A stretch of 62,390 bases of DNA, filler included, from Streblomastix strix (taxonomy: Eukaryota), in NCBI GenBank assembly GCA_008636045.1. It is 2 parts of 2 records of this genome, joined end to end, with 100 filler letters (N's around TTAATTAATTAA, not from the genome) between each part and the next. Parts side by side here need not be neighbours in the genome. Positions count along the whole stretch, not along the records: positions 31,315 to 62,390 come from SNRW01000086.1; 1 more part is not named here. One strand, written 5' to 3'. The notes below the pieces were generated by a model, which made no database searches, was not told the origin of the DNA, and saw nothing but the letters and a program-made list of their open reading frames with translations. Every line of letters begins with the position of its first letter. Position 1 is the stretch's first letter. The position numbers were made by a program, and so were the translations under genes. Shown here piece by piece: positions 40,013 to 54,400 of this stretch.

Positions 40013-43000
40013 TCATGGTGTTCCGCAGTTAGCATGAACATAAGCCAAAATTTTACTGTCAGCAAATTTCTTTCGTGCAAGCTTCAGTTACTTTTTAAAG
40101 TTATCTTATTGCTTAAAGCATGCAGTTATACAAAGAGCAGCAAGTTCAATGACCCGCTAACTCTGTGGTAAGTTCTGTGTCATATTCACTTTCATAGTAC
40201 TTAATAAAATCTCGCTTTTATCTAGATTCTTTAATGAATCAGCTGCTGCTTTGAATTATATCACTTTATAAAGAAATCTAAGGATCTTTTCTAATACATT
40301 TGAGTTAGAAGAAAATGCTTTAAGAGCTGTCAATATTGTGGAAATGCCCTTAGCTTTTATTATCATGATGTTATTCTCTTCACTATAAGATAAATTTGCG
40401 AGGGCTGAACAAACAGTAGAAACAAGTTCGGGATTGTTTGGAATTCCTTCTCGAAGAAGATCTAATAATAGACGAATTCCACCTTCTGCAGCAATCCTCA
40501 TTTTCATTTCATCTTAAACAAAATTAAAATAAATATTATAAATTTATAATGTCTTACAAAATATACTACAAACTATTTACAGATAAATTTACAATAAATG
40601 CACAAATGGATTATATAGTCAAATTATTGAATTCATTATGTCTCTTTAGTATTTTTATAGCAATTTTCACTCCCCCTGCAGCATCTAAAACTTAACGGCA
40701 TTCCTCAAATGCAGATATATTAACAAGTAAAGCTAATATATTCTAAATCAGATCGATCTATAGAGCTTATGGATAATGATGATGAATAAAATCATTGAGA
40801 ATTTAAATTATTCGAGGTACTGCATTTAACTGGACAATTTATATGCAGACATTGTGATTTATTGCTAAACGGAATAGAGTACAGAATGCATTGGAGATAA
40901 TTTGTACAATATCAATTGCTATTCTTGTTTCGGCTGAATTGAAGTCTTTTATTTCTTATTTATTATCACTTTAAAGCTTATCTAATTAATGTGAAAATAA
41001 ATCAATTACTTTTAATAAATGAACTGTTGCTAAATTGGCAATAATCATTTTTGAATGAGGAATCATTGCTAAATTACTCAACATTGCACATATATTCATA
41101 ATTATATTTCTCAATATGGGAAGTCTTTCCTTTCTCATATAATACCACCAGATCATTCCTTTGTTTTACTCATCTTTATTTATTATATCATTATCTTTAT
41201 CTTAATTTGATTAATTATTCAAATTTTGTTATATGTTTTTATCTTTAATGTTAATTTATGTTGTTTGTGATGATTTACATACTTTTTCATTAGATTGTAT
41301 CATGTTGATCATATTGGATTCATTTGATCTAATTTCTTTTTCATATTCAGCATCTTTCTATCTTTCTTTCATTTTCTCTTTCTCCTTCTTTCTTTCTTTC
41401 TATCTTCTTCTTCTCGCTGATCTGGAATTATATTATATCATTGAATTAATAACACTATTCCCTTCAAATGAATTCTTCTACAAATCCATTTCTTATTATT
41501 TATTTCTTTCATTCTCTTTTTAATTCAGATTTTTTATCTTCTTTACTTCTTATTATTTCTTTTCCTACTTTTCTTTCTCCAGAATCTTCTTCTAGTTTTC
41601 TTTCTCTTCTTTATTCTTAATGGATTAATCAATCTTTTTATGTATTTCATCAACATTATCCAAAGCTTCTATCAGAAATCTTACAATAATTGTTAATAAA
41701 ATAAGTTAATCACCAATTCTATCTCTTACAAACTATAATCGTGTTATTTGAGTTAAAATAAATATTGAATTTGAAATAATATTATCAATGATTTCAGACA
41801 ATTCAGCTGATCTTATTTATTAAACTAAATTCCATCCTTTAGAAAATCTTTTCTACTTTCTTTATATTAAACAAGGTAAGCATAGAAATATGTTCTAACT
41901 ATTATATAACTACTATACCATTAATGATGTTGATTTTCTTCCTTTAAATATTTCACTTTATTCCTGTTCAAAAAGATGATTCATTGGAGTTAAATAATTA
42001 TTTTATTATTAATTATTAATCCATTCATTGTTGAAATTGCCTTTTAATAATTAATCATTTTATTAATCATTTCAAGTTAAATTTTAATTTAATTATTATA
42101 AGTGGGATTATTAGCAAACACGAAGCCATAATCTTTGTCTAAAATTCAATGATTTCCTCTCCAATTATTCTTCTTATTTTAATTATGCTTTTTCAATTTG
42201 TAATAAAATTTATTATTTTCTGTAAATATTTCTTATTTATTCTTATATCCATAAATGCCATTATTATTCATTTTATAATTGAGAGGAAGATGGTTATAAT
42301 ATGTTATTATTCACAGAATTAATATATTATTATAATTACTATTCATTAGACAATAAATTATTATTTTGAGTTGTTGAACTGCAACAAGGTTCTGGATAGT
42401 GAATTGGGCATCTTTTCTTTTTTTATTGTTATCCAGCTTATAATAAAGAAGTTTATATATTATTTGTATTCAAATTATCATATTTATCTTTTTCTTTGTT
42501 CCATTCAATAATATTCAAATTTCTTTTATTTTATGGCAATAATTAACTATTACTTATTAAGTCAGCTTTTATGGCATCTTATTTTCTTTTCTTAAATATC
42601 TAATTCTCTTTATCTTTGTTAATCTTCCTTCCTAAACAATCAATATCATTCAAATTAAAACCAAAATCTAATTATTGTTGATATATAAAAGATGGTTAAA
42701 ATAAAGGGGATGATTATTAATAGGAATTATTATTAATTCCATTTCTACTTTGGTTCAAATCATTATTAATATCCATTTTCAATTATTTATCTTTTAAAAG
42801 TCTTTTTTATTAATCTTTTTACTATAATTATTAGTATTCATCTTTCATCTCACTATTTTACTTTTATATTGTTTCCATTACCTTCATCATTTTCCATATA
42901 AACCATTTAGCTCTTTATTTTCCACAAGTTCCCCACATTCTTCTAAAAACTATTAATATATTAATAATTTATTAAGCAATTTATATCTAAATATTTATAT

Positions 43001-46000
43001 TATTGTTACTTAATTTATTGCTATTTAAATTAATTATTATATTAGAATTGTTTATTTCTTCATTATATTGTTAATTAATTTAAATCGTGTCATTAATATT
43101 ACTATTAATTTCATTTAAAATACTATTCCCTTAAATTTTATTATTTCTAAATTAATTATTATTTTAATTACTATCATTATTTTCATCATTGTTATCATCT
43201 TACTAATAAATATTTGAAAATAATTATAAACAATTCAAAATAATTAACGAATGTGTTGTTAATAAATGTGATTCTTATAAGCCTTTTCCATTCCTTCCAT
43301 GTCTAGGTGGAAGAATTGTTCGTTGTTACTATTCAATATTCTAATTATTCATTACAATGTAATCATTATCAATAAATTGATTGATTAATTAGTTTGCAGA
43401 TCTTCTAATTTGATTCTTTAATTAATATTTTGAAAATCAAGAATTAGAAAGTTTTAAATTCATAATCATTTCATCCATTTCTGATTCATTATTTCCTATT
43501 TAACCATCACAGTTTTAATTTTTTAGTCTTAATAACTTTTAATATTCGTTAATATTGATATCAAGAAGGGCATTTGAAATAGTATTATTAAATAAGTATC
43601 CCTTATCAAAATATAATCCACCACCAAATTATTTATTATATTTAATATCATCATTTCCTTCTATTCCTAATCCAAGTTCATAGTTAAAACTGAACTAAAG
43701 TGAATTATTATTGTTATTGTTATTATCGACTTTAAAATTATCATCAAGATTAAAGCAATCTTATGCATTAACTTTTTCATTCTTCTTCTCTTATTCATTC
43801 TTTCCTTATTAAAATATCTCATTATAACTTTGTTCCCTTTTCCTTTTAATCTTTTATAAGTTCATTTATTATTCCTGCTCCTGTGATTCAAATATTTCAT
43901 TACTTTCTTTTTCTTTTTTATTATCTTTATTAATTATTTTGATTATTGGCACAATTTGCATTTTATTTATTTAAGATATAATATTTTCATCTTTTTATTA
44001 TAAAATTCTTTTTACTTATTCATATTCTTATAAGTGCAATTATTTAAGTTCATTTTCTTTGCTGGATGTAATTTCATTGTCTTTCTATTTATAATATAAC
44101 TTCTAATAAATATTAAATTATTCATCATAACTTTATTTACATTCCTTTATTTACTAAATTATCTTCTTTAATTCCGATATTTCATTCATCTAATCTTTTC
44201 TCTTTATATTATATATTCCAGAATCTTTCCCTTCTTCTTCCAATTTCAGTCTTTATTATTGTATTTGCTTCTCTTCAAAATAATCATTTTCTCTTGAAAA
44301 TGATAAGAGTAATTAAATTCTTCTTCTTAATTATTTATTTAAATAAAATTATTATCCTAATGATCTACGAGAAATAGAACAAGAGAAACGATAAGTAAAA
44401 AATCTTAATAATTCAATAATCGGATAAAATTCTTAACAGCTTTAGAAAATAGTTCCATTTACTATTTCATCACTAACTTATTAATATTGTAATGCTTATT
44501 ATGAAAGTTGTTATTACTCTCCTTTTAAAACATTATAATGCAGTTATCGTTATGGAATTTTAGAAATTAAAGATGAAGATAATTAAGACGCTTAAAAATT
44601 TTTATTTATTTCATCAGTTTATTATATTTATTATGTCTAAATAGTATCATTCTTTATTTTTTATTCTGTTTCATTACTTCTTTGATTATTATAATCAATT
44701 TTACTTTATTTATATAATTAATGCTTTTATTAAGCCTTATGAGTAAGAATGGAAAGAATGATAAGAGAAATTTGAATAATAATGCCATCTCTTGACTTGC
44801 ATATTAATTAGATAAGAATGTGAACTAATTATTTTGTTTAATCGTTCAAATAAATAATTCCTTCTTCAATAATTTCTCCAACAATTTATAGCAAGTAAAT
44901 TAATAAAATTGAAGAGCCTCTACGAAATCTCATTATTTAATTTGTTACTTTGATATAATTAACAGTTGAAATGAACTACTGTTATTGTTATTAACTAGGA
45001 TTATTTATTAATTAACTTTATTTGTCATTTGTATTTCCATTTTCTTTCTTATTCTCAATCTCATGATTAATCTCCAAGATTTACTCACATTCATCTTAAA
45101 TAATAGAAGGAGGGTCATATTATCTATTGAAAATACTTTATAATCCAATGTAAGCTGGTGTGCAGAATTATTATTAATTTAATATGAATTTCTAATTACT
45201 TTATTATTTTCCTAATTATAATATATTACTAGAATGAGGCAAAAGAGACAATTAAGAATAAGAACAAGGAAGAGAATTGAGATAAAAATCAGGAAGATGC
45301 ATAAATTGAGAATTATAAGGAATATTTGATGAGGAATATAATTTAAGAATTTATTATTATTATTATTGTGTTTATTATTATTATTATTCTTGTTCTTGTT
45401 CTTATTAAATATTTTCAGTGTTTTTTTAATTATTATTTTAATAATCATTTGGCAAACAAAGTTGGTAAAATTAAAATAATATTTCTAACCATTTAATTAT
45501 TGTAAGTGGAAATTACTTAATGTTGGATTCTAAATAATTTCTTGCATTGAATTCCTTATCTGTATTAAAAAGTTGAATAACATCTTTTATTAAATAATTT
45601 GTATTAAATGAATGCTATTAAAATGGTTATTGTTTAGAATTTGAAATTTATGAATATAATGATTAAGGAAAGGAATATAGTGAAGATGCTTATATCTTCT
45701 ATATAATATCTTCCATTAATTTTGTGTGCAATTCATTTCTTATAACTTTTTCTTATTCTTTTTCTATATCATTCTCGTTTATTAAAATTGTTTCTTTTTC
45801 ATATTAATACATCCATTTTATCATGTTTTTAAATATTTTACTTAATTATTAAACATTCTTTCCAGTAATTTTCTCTATGTATTACAATAAATAACAGTTG
45901 TTATTTATTAATTAAAATCCTTATTATTATGTTTCTTATTATTGTAAATCTTTATTTTTTTCTATTTCTAACTATTATTATTCTTTGATTCTTTCCCTTA

Positions 46001-49000
46001 TGTATTAGTCAATAAAAAATTCACTTAAATATTCAGGAACAGTCAGTAATTGTTTCATTGCTAATTAATGGGGATTTATTTTTATTTATATTTGCAATAA
46101 ATGTGATTATAACTCATTAATAATATTAATATTGTTTATATTAATAGGACATTGATTATTGTTGTATATAGAAGAATTTTAAGTCTAAAATTGTTCAATA
46201 GAAGAGGGAGATAATGAAAAAGGAAATTAAGACAGTTAAGAAAAGAATGAATTATTATTTTGAGTTTTTAACTATTGTTTTTATTGATATAAAAATTATG
46301 AAGTAAAAGTTGAAGATGATAATTAAGGAGAGTTGTAATTCAAAAAAGGTGATTAATCTGGTTAAGAAAGAGATTATTATTATTAAGTTAAATCAATATG
46401 TTTCTTTTTCTCTTCTAAAACTATCTCTTAGTCTTTCAACAAAATATTTTCATCCTATTTCTTTGCTGAATCTTTCTCCTTTACAAGAATATTTTGTAGT
46501 GAAAATTTCAATTATTCAATGCAATCTTTTTTTATTTAAATTTTATGACATCGACATAAACATTTTCCTTTTTTTAAAAGATTATTATGTAATTTAGATT
46601 GGAATGATGATGATTAATAACTATTGCGGAAATGATGAATATGTTAACGTTTTTATTTATGATATTTATGATTATTACGATTATGTTTGTCATTTTATAA
46701 TAGTTAATGAGAAAAATTATTTTGTTAATCATTTAATGTTTCTTTCTCTTTCTCCAAATCTTTTGTATTTGCTTATTCTAATTCTTAATTTATATTTTGT
46801 TCTTTTAAAATTTCAGAATCTGATAATTAAAATGAATTAATAGTTTGTGGTTAAGCTCCATCATCCTTCATCCATTGTTATTAATGTTTACTATTTCTAA
46901 ATTTCTTATTTAAAAAATTATGATTTTAAGAAGGAATTAATAATTAATTATTATTTTATTATTCAATTTTATTTTATTATTATTATTTTAATTCCTATTT
47001 CTGCTAAAATTATCTGTAATATTATTATTTCATTTTCATTTCTTTCTTCTTTCTTATAAATTCAAATTATAAGTCTTTTATTTTAATTTCTTATTAATTA
47101 TTCGCTTGTTCATTATTTGTATTTTATTTTCCTTAGTCACCACTTTATTCCTATGTCAGATAATCATTTTAATTATTATATAAAGATTCAGAAGATGTAG
47201 ATGAGAATTCATTATAATAACTGTCTTCATCTTCTTAATCTACAACATTATTAGAATCAGAAGATGAATGGGTGTATAAATAAGATGATGGTTTAGAAGA
47301 TGATTATGATGATTAAGATGAATATGAAGAATAAAATGAATTGTCTTCACTTGTCTTTTATGATTCTTTCTCATCCTCTTCAATTTATTTCATCATTTCA
47401 ACATATTTATCATTTCCATTCTCAATTTCAATTTCATTATTATTTTCATACTCATTATAATATTTATTGTATAGTTATGATGAAATTGATGAGGATGTTG
47501 AAGAAAAGTCAGAATAAAACTCACTTTAATCTGAATGCGAATATGATTGATTCTCAGCATCATTAATAGCATAATTTCTATCTCCAACAATTACATCATC
47601 TTCTTCATTTTAAATTTATTTTTAATCAATTTTATTATTTTCTTAATTTGAATTAAATTTATATTATTAAGTTTTTTGGTGCAATAAAAGTTATTAGATG
47701 AAATTATTATTATTATTTTATTACTAATGATAATGAGTGTGGGAGTGAGATTAAGAATGAGATGAAATTGAGATTGTTTGAGAAGAAGAATCAGAATCAG
47801 ATTGAGATATGTTTATGTTCTAATTATTTTATTCTCCAGTAGTTGAAGATTATGTTTATTATTTTGTATTTGTAATTCTATTTTAATAAGGCTTGATGAT
47901 GCGTTTATTTATCACTTGCATATTAAGTTGCCTTGGTTTCAAATCTTATAAATTATCATCATATTATTCTACAACTTTGGTCATTTCTTTTAATTTTTCA
48001 TCTTTCTTTTTGTCCAATTATTACTCTTATTAATTATTTTATTCAATTTCGTTAATTTAATTTTTCGTTTCAAATTCAAAGAATTAATTATGCTATGGCT
48101 AAAATTGAGATGATGGACTTGAATAAATCGATTAAGGTAGAGTTAAAGGAAGATGATGATCATGTTGATATTATTATTATTATTTCTATCTTTCTTAATT
48201 CCTAATTACTGCTTTTTCTAGTTCATTATTATCCATTTCTTATTTTATTGCTCTTTTCCTTTATAAGTATTATTTTTTTTTAAGTTATTATTATAAGTTA
48301 GTATTATTTTAGAAAAAGATAAATTAATTTTATTGTTATTACTATTTTTATTATTATTATTATATATCTTCATCAATGTATTCTTCATTGTCAATTTCTT
48401 TTTCTTCTCTTTCTTTTTCTTATTCATTCATCTTGAGTTTCATTTAAATCATTTTGACCTTCAATTCATAGTCTTTTTCATTTAATACACTTTACATTCC
48501 TTCAATTTATGGTATTTGAAATGAATTATCAGTTTTATTTTATTATTTTTAATCTTATTTCTATTAATCTTATTATTGCTTATTTTATCCAATTATATTC
48601 ATATCATTAATTTGAAATATATTTTCAGCATCTTTTTATATCCATCTTTATTGTCTCTCTTTTCTTAACTTTTATAATCAATCTTTTTCATTTAATATTT
48701 CTCCTCTTTCTGATTATTATACTTCTTTTATTTCATTGTTACTTATTTATAATGAATCAATATTAAATGATGGAGAAAATAATTAATTTGATTTGTGCTC
48801 CAAATTCATAAACTAGAATTAATCATTAATTTCATCATATTCGTCTTCCTAATCTTTGTCTTTAAATGTCTCCATATCTTTTTTAATTAATTCATTTTAT
48901 ATAATATCAACTTTAGTGTCTGGATATAAGTATTATAAAGAAGGTGAATAAGATGAAAAATAGCTTCTAAACTACTAATTTTTCTCTTATTGTTAATTTA

Positions 49001-49971
49001 GTAGTTTATTGTTTTATTTAGATAAAGAAACGGCAAGTTGAGTTTCTTATTTTGCTTAATTCAATAATTCCTATTCAATATTTATCGTATTTTCGTTTTG
49101 GTCTTAATATTCAAAATTGGATTCATTATTCCCTTTCTCTTTTCTTAACTTATTATTATCCTAAAAATCCATATTTTAATCCTATATTTAATTTATCTAT
49201 TATATTTAATGAGGATCTAATTGCTTTTATTAATTTAATTCTTATAATTAATCTCCATTTTTATTTATTTACAACCAATTTAACAGACTCGCTAATTATT
49301 ATTATTCATATCTTTACTAATTTGTTTATTCTTTATCTTATAAATAGTTTTAATTGTTGCTGCTATTAAAATTTGTCTACATTATATTATCCTCTTTATT
49401 AATAGCTTATTCATCTTATTATTAATTACTTTCTAATTCATTGAACTTAAATGTTTCATCTATTTCCTCTTCAATGTCTTCAATGCTTTCTCCATATTCT
49501 CCTTCATCTTATTCATCATAATCTTCTTCTTCTTCATCATTTAGAATCTATTAATTATATTCAATCGTTTTGCTCTAATTTCCATCTAATTAATTATCTT
49601 TCATATTTATAATTTTATCAAGATTTGTTTATTTATTTTGTTATTGTTCCTCTTTTATTAAAATTTCATTTGAATTCTACAAGAAGTTTCTCATTAAAAT
49701 CTTATGCATAGTAACTTGCGATTTATTATTCTTCAATTCTTAATTTTATTTATCTTAGTTCATTGTTTATTGTGTTAAATTTATTTCATTTTAATTATTA
49801 ATTAACATTTCTTATTAGAATTAATCATGTTAAGTAATTTCAAAATTAATTTGATTTTAAGGAACGTAATTTTATATTTCATTTTCATCCTTCTTTATTT
49901 CTTCTGCTCTTTTTCTAACATCTTATTCAATCTAAATTATTTAATCAGATTATTATGGAGATAATTAAGTC

Positions 49972-50002
<31 letters not shown>

Positions 50003-50970
50003 TTGAAGGAGACATTAATAGCTAAAACTATGATTAATTATCAAGAAAATTTTTCATTCCATTAAATAAAGATACTACATTAGGAACAACAATTTAAGGA
50101 AGATGTAATAGCTAACAAAAATTATTACATTAATGCTAAGATATAAATTAAAATGCTCTTCTATTATGAAATAATTTATGAAGTTCTGCTCCTCTATCAA
50201 TTTATTGATTGTTCTAATTATTAAATTGATTGTTATTTTGAATCATATTGAGTAAAATAGGAGGAATTTAATTTGCATTGTTTTTCTTCTTCCTCTTTTA
50301 TCTTCTTTTAGATGATTTGGTAATTCCCTTTTCTTCTTCAATATTCTAATTATCTTTTCCTTTCCAACATTCTTATGGACATAAACACATATGAGAATTG
50401 GTATATTATCCATTAATTCCTTTAAAATCAACAATAATTCTTTGTCTTTCCATGAATTCATAAGTAAAATGAATAAAACAAGACATCAGTGATTATTCTT
50501 CATCATTAGCATCATAATCATCCTTCTATTAAATAAATTATTATCCATTAGTCTCAATAAAATCTTCACAAATTCCACATATTCCTGCACTACGATTTGG
50601 AAGCTCTACAAGTTCATCTTGAATAAATGCTATCTTTTTTGTAAGACTAACTCTGTTGAATTACTCTGCAAGGTAGTGTGCAATGGCATTCTGTTTGCAT
50701 TAATCAGATGCTGAAACATTTTCTTTCACAAAAATCTTCAATACTCGGAGTTTCTATTGAGTTTTAGTGTCAATCATCTTATATATAGCCTGCTTAGAAT
50801 TCTCATGGATATTATGGATTGGTATTGGGTATAGCATTATATCGCAAGACCTCTAAGGGATAAAGAGTGAATCATTAATGAATGAAAAATCAGATTCATA
50901 CCATGATGAAATCGTCCTCACGAAGATTATAACTCCATATATTTGCTTTTTCAATCGAATATTCAGTCAT
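40013..50970 (-). CDS. Giant protein (~3600 aa): N-terminal alpha-kinase-like domain, Q/N/E low-complexity middle, C-terminal armadillo repeats
   Basis: VLKIF, QNAIAHYLAEQFNR, KIAFIQ, CEDFIE, FIHFTYEF, IIVDFKG, HQCNNFCQLLHL match the eEF2K/MHCK alpha-kinase pattern. ARM repeats (RIAAEGGIRLLLDLL, VCSALANLSY) at 40013-41100. Introns near 50853-50901 and 40514-40579. The middle was not checked codon by codon. Confidence 0.75.
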
Positions 50971-51488
50971 TTTATATCTGCAATTAATAATAAATTTATA
51001 AATTTATTAAATTAAAGAGAAAAATTATTTCTCTTGTAAAATCTTAATATTTGATATACGTTTATACTATTTCAAGTTTAAAAATTCAAGGATTAAAAGT
51101 TTTTTGATAAATCGGATTTTGATAATAAAAAGACAGCAAATTTCAAAGTTATAATTTATATTAAATTGTCCATCTTAATTAATTTATTCAAAATCGGCAT
51201 AAAATAAGTTTGGAGAACAAACGAATGAAATTAAGATCGTATTTTATGAATTTTTGATATTTCTTTGGATTGATTGGTACGTGTCATTTTTTGGATTAGT
51301 TTTAGTGTAATATGGTTTATTATTATATCAAAATACATTTTAATTTATCATGGTACTAATTTATATCTCACAAAGCTATCATTTGGCGTTTTTTGATTAA
51401 TTATTGAAAAATGACCTGAAATCTATAAAATATGCCTAGGAGTGGAATATATATTTATTAATCTAGAATCTAACATAAATCAAGTAGA

Positions 51489-54400
51489 TCACGAAAGTTG
51501 CGTTACAATATCGCTTTTCAAATCCTGCTTTAGGAGTTTTGTTGCCGTGTCTATCTGGTCCGCAAGCTTTCGTGCAATTCTATCACGCGCTTTCTATTGT
51601 GCAGCTTCAAAATTGTCAAGGTCTCTCTACAACTATGCCTGCTCGTGTTCCGCGTCTTTTGCTGCACGCTAAATTCGTTCCTCTGCATTTCTCATTCTGC
51701 TTTCATGAAGTTTCTGATGCTTTGCTGCTTGAGCTTGAAGGTCATCTGCAGTCCTAGCAGTCGACATTTCGAGTGATTTCACACGTTTTTCGAGATCTTT
51801 AATAACTTCGTTGGTAGCTGCTATAGCTTATAATTCAAGTTCCTTGGCATCAGACAATATCTGAAAAATAATTATTTAAAATAAATAAAAATTGAGTATA
51901 TAATATTATGTGATGCATTATCAATACCTATTCCTGAAGTTCATTAGCTCTTTCATTAGCTTCATGTCTCAATCTCTCCACTTCAGCTTCAAAGTCATAA
52001 ACTCTCTCCTTGTATATCTTCCATGCATATTCCCTTCTTGCTGCATCTCCAATCTGAGTCTAATAATACATATTATATATATATATTAAATATATATATT
52101 AAATATATAATAATAGATTATAAATATAATAGAATCACACCTCAATTTCAGCGGCTTACTTCTCTACTTCTGCACTTACGAGTTCATCATTCAGATTTCC
52201 AATAATCTCATCTCTTCTTCTTCCTTCAGCTCTGTGACGATCTAAGAGTCTATTTATTATATATAATTAAATATTAATATTATAATATTAATATTATATT
52301 GTATTGTTACATTATATAATTAAATATAAATATTATAATATTAATATTATATTGTATTGTTACATTATATAATTAAATATTAATATTATAATATTAATAT
52401 TATATTGTATTGTTACATTATTATAATTAAATATTAATATTATAATATTAATATTATATTGTATTGTTACATTATATAATTAAATATAAATATTATAATA
52501 TTAATATTATATTGTATTGTTACATTATATAATTAAATATAAATATTATAATATTAATATTATATTGTATTGTTACATTATTATAATTAAATATAAATAT
52601 TATAATATTAATATTATATTGTATTGTTACATTATATAATTAAATATTAATATTATAATATTAATATTATATTGTATTGTTACATTATATAATCAAACCT
52701 CTCAACTACTTCAATGGTACCAATTACTTCTTCCCTTTTCTTATCAATTGGTTCACCTCCTTCTTCAACTTATTTAATATTCTTTTCATTTGAGTCACAA
52801 TTACTCTCAATTTATGTCAATCTCTTTGCATGAGTCTCTCTCGCATTGTCAGCTGCTGCTTATATCTACTTCTCACTATCATGTTCAATCTGTGAGACAA
52901 AGTGTGAAATTGAATTAATAAGATTGTATGAGATTAATATATTTATTTGTCATAGTTTTATTTCATTCTTCATTAAATTAGTTAAATTCATATAAATTCA
53001 TACAGTTCGTGCTTTTAGATCTGCTTAAGCCAATTGTTTCTCAGTAACTCCATCAAGATAATCCATTCTCTCAATCATGCGAACTTCAGCTCTATAATTG
53101 CAAATCAAAATAAATTAAAAAAGTGTATAATAGAAAAATGTTTTAATATTATTCATTTCATTTATGCAATAAAACAAATAAATAGAAAAAATTAAATATT
53201 AACCTCTGCATTGCTTCTCTCATTCTCTTCGTAATTTAATCAAATTGTGTTCCGAATTATCTGCGAGATGCTAATTGATCAAATAATAAAGAAATAAACA
53301 GATTTATAACAGAATATTAAGATAAATAATAATAAATAATAAAATTGTAAATATATTTAAACCATCCTCCTTCTGCTGCTATAACTCAACCATCTTATTT
53401 ACCATTGCTTCCATTTATTTTGATCTTTTGCTCTGAACCTAATAAATAATAATATAATATTAGTTATTTGTATTATTATCTTAGTTCGTACCTGATTATA
53501 TTTATCAAGTTGGATATTCCTTTCTTCTAAAGCCTATCTTAGAAGAACTGTTCTATCATTCAATTTATTAACAAGTTTCAACTTCATTTTTGCTCGATAT
53601 GCCGTTTCTGCTATTTCTGCTGCTGTTTATTCCAATTTTGTTACTCTTTCTTCTTGATTTGCTGCAATCTATCAAATTGAAAATTTTAAGTAAAAAATGA
53701 AAAAAATGTTTTCTTTTATTTTCAGTAATTAAAATGTTGATTATATTAAAATAATTAATTTGAACCTTCTCCGCTTGATCCAATTATTCTAATTTCCATT
53801 TTACTATTGATGTTGCATTATCAATTTCATTCTTAATTTAATTTTTATCTTTTTCGTAGGATCTTTTTCTATCTTCAAAACTATCAAGTAGCTAATCCGA
53901 TACTGAAGTTATATTATTATGAGATTCTTCTCCCTTTAAAAATAATAAATAAAAAGTGATTATTAAACACTAAAATATTAAATATATTGTATAATACCAT
54001 TTCTTTTACTCCAAGTTGCATTTCTTCTAATGAATCATTCAGCCATGATGAAGATCCATCTCCATCAATAGGTACTCCTATCATAATATTATTCAGAAAT
54101 TAAACAAATTTTATTATTTTAATGTTATTTCCTTACTAAGTAATATATAAAATATAATAATCCTCATACCTTATTATATTTTATCAGGTAATTCATTTAT
54201 TGCTTCACAAGCAGCATTGCATACTTCATAAAAGTGTGTATGTTTCTAAGCTCTGTTATTATTATCTTCATTTACAAGTTCCTCCACATGAACAAATCTT
54301 TCATCTGATATCTATTAATATTAATATTAATTAATTATTAATTATTATCCAACAAATATCTTCATTTAATAAACTAAATTATACCTTTCCCATCTATTCA

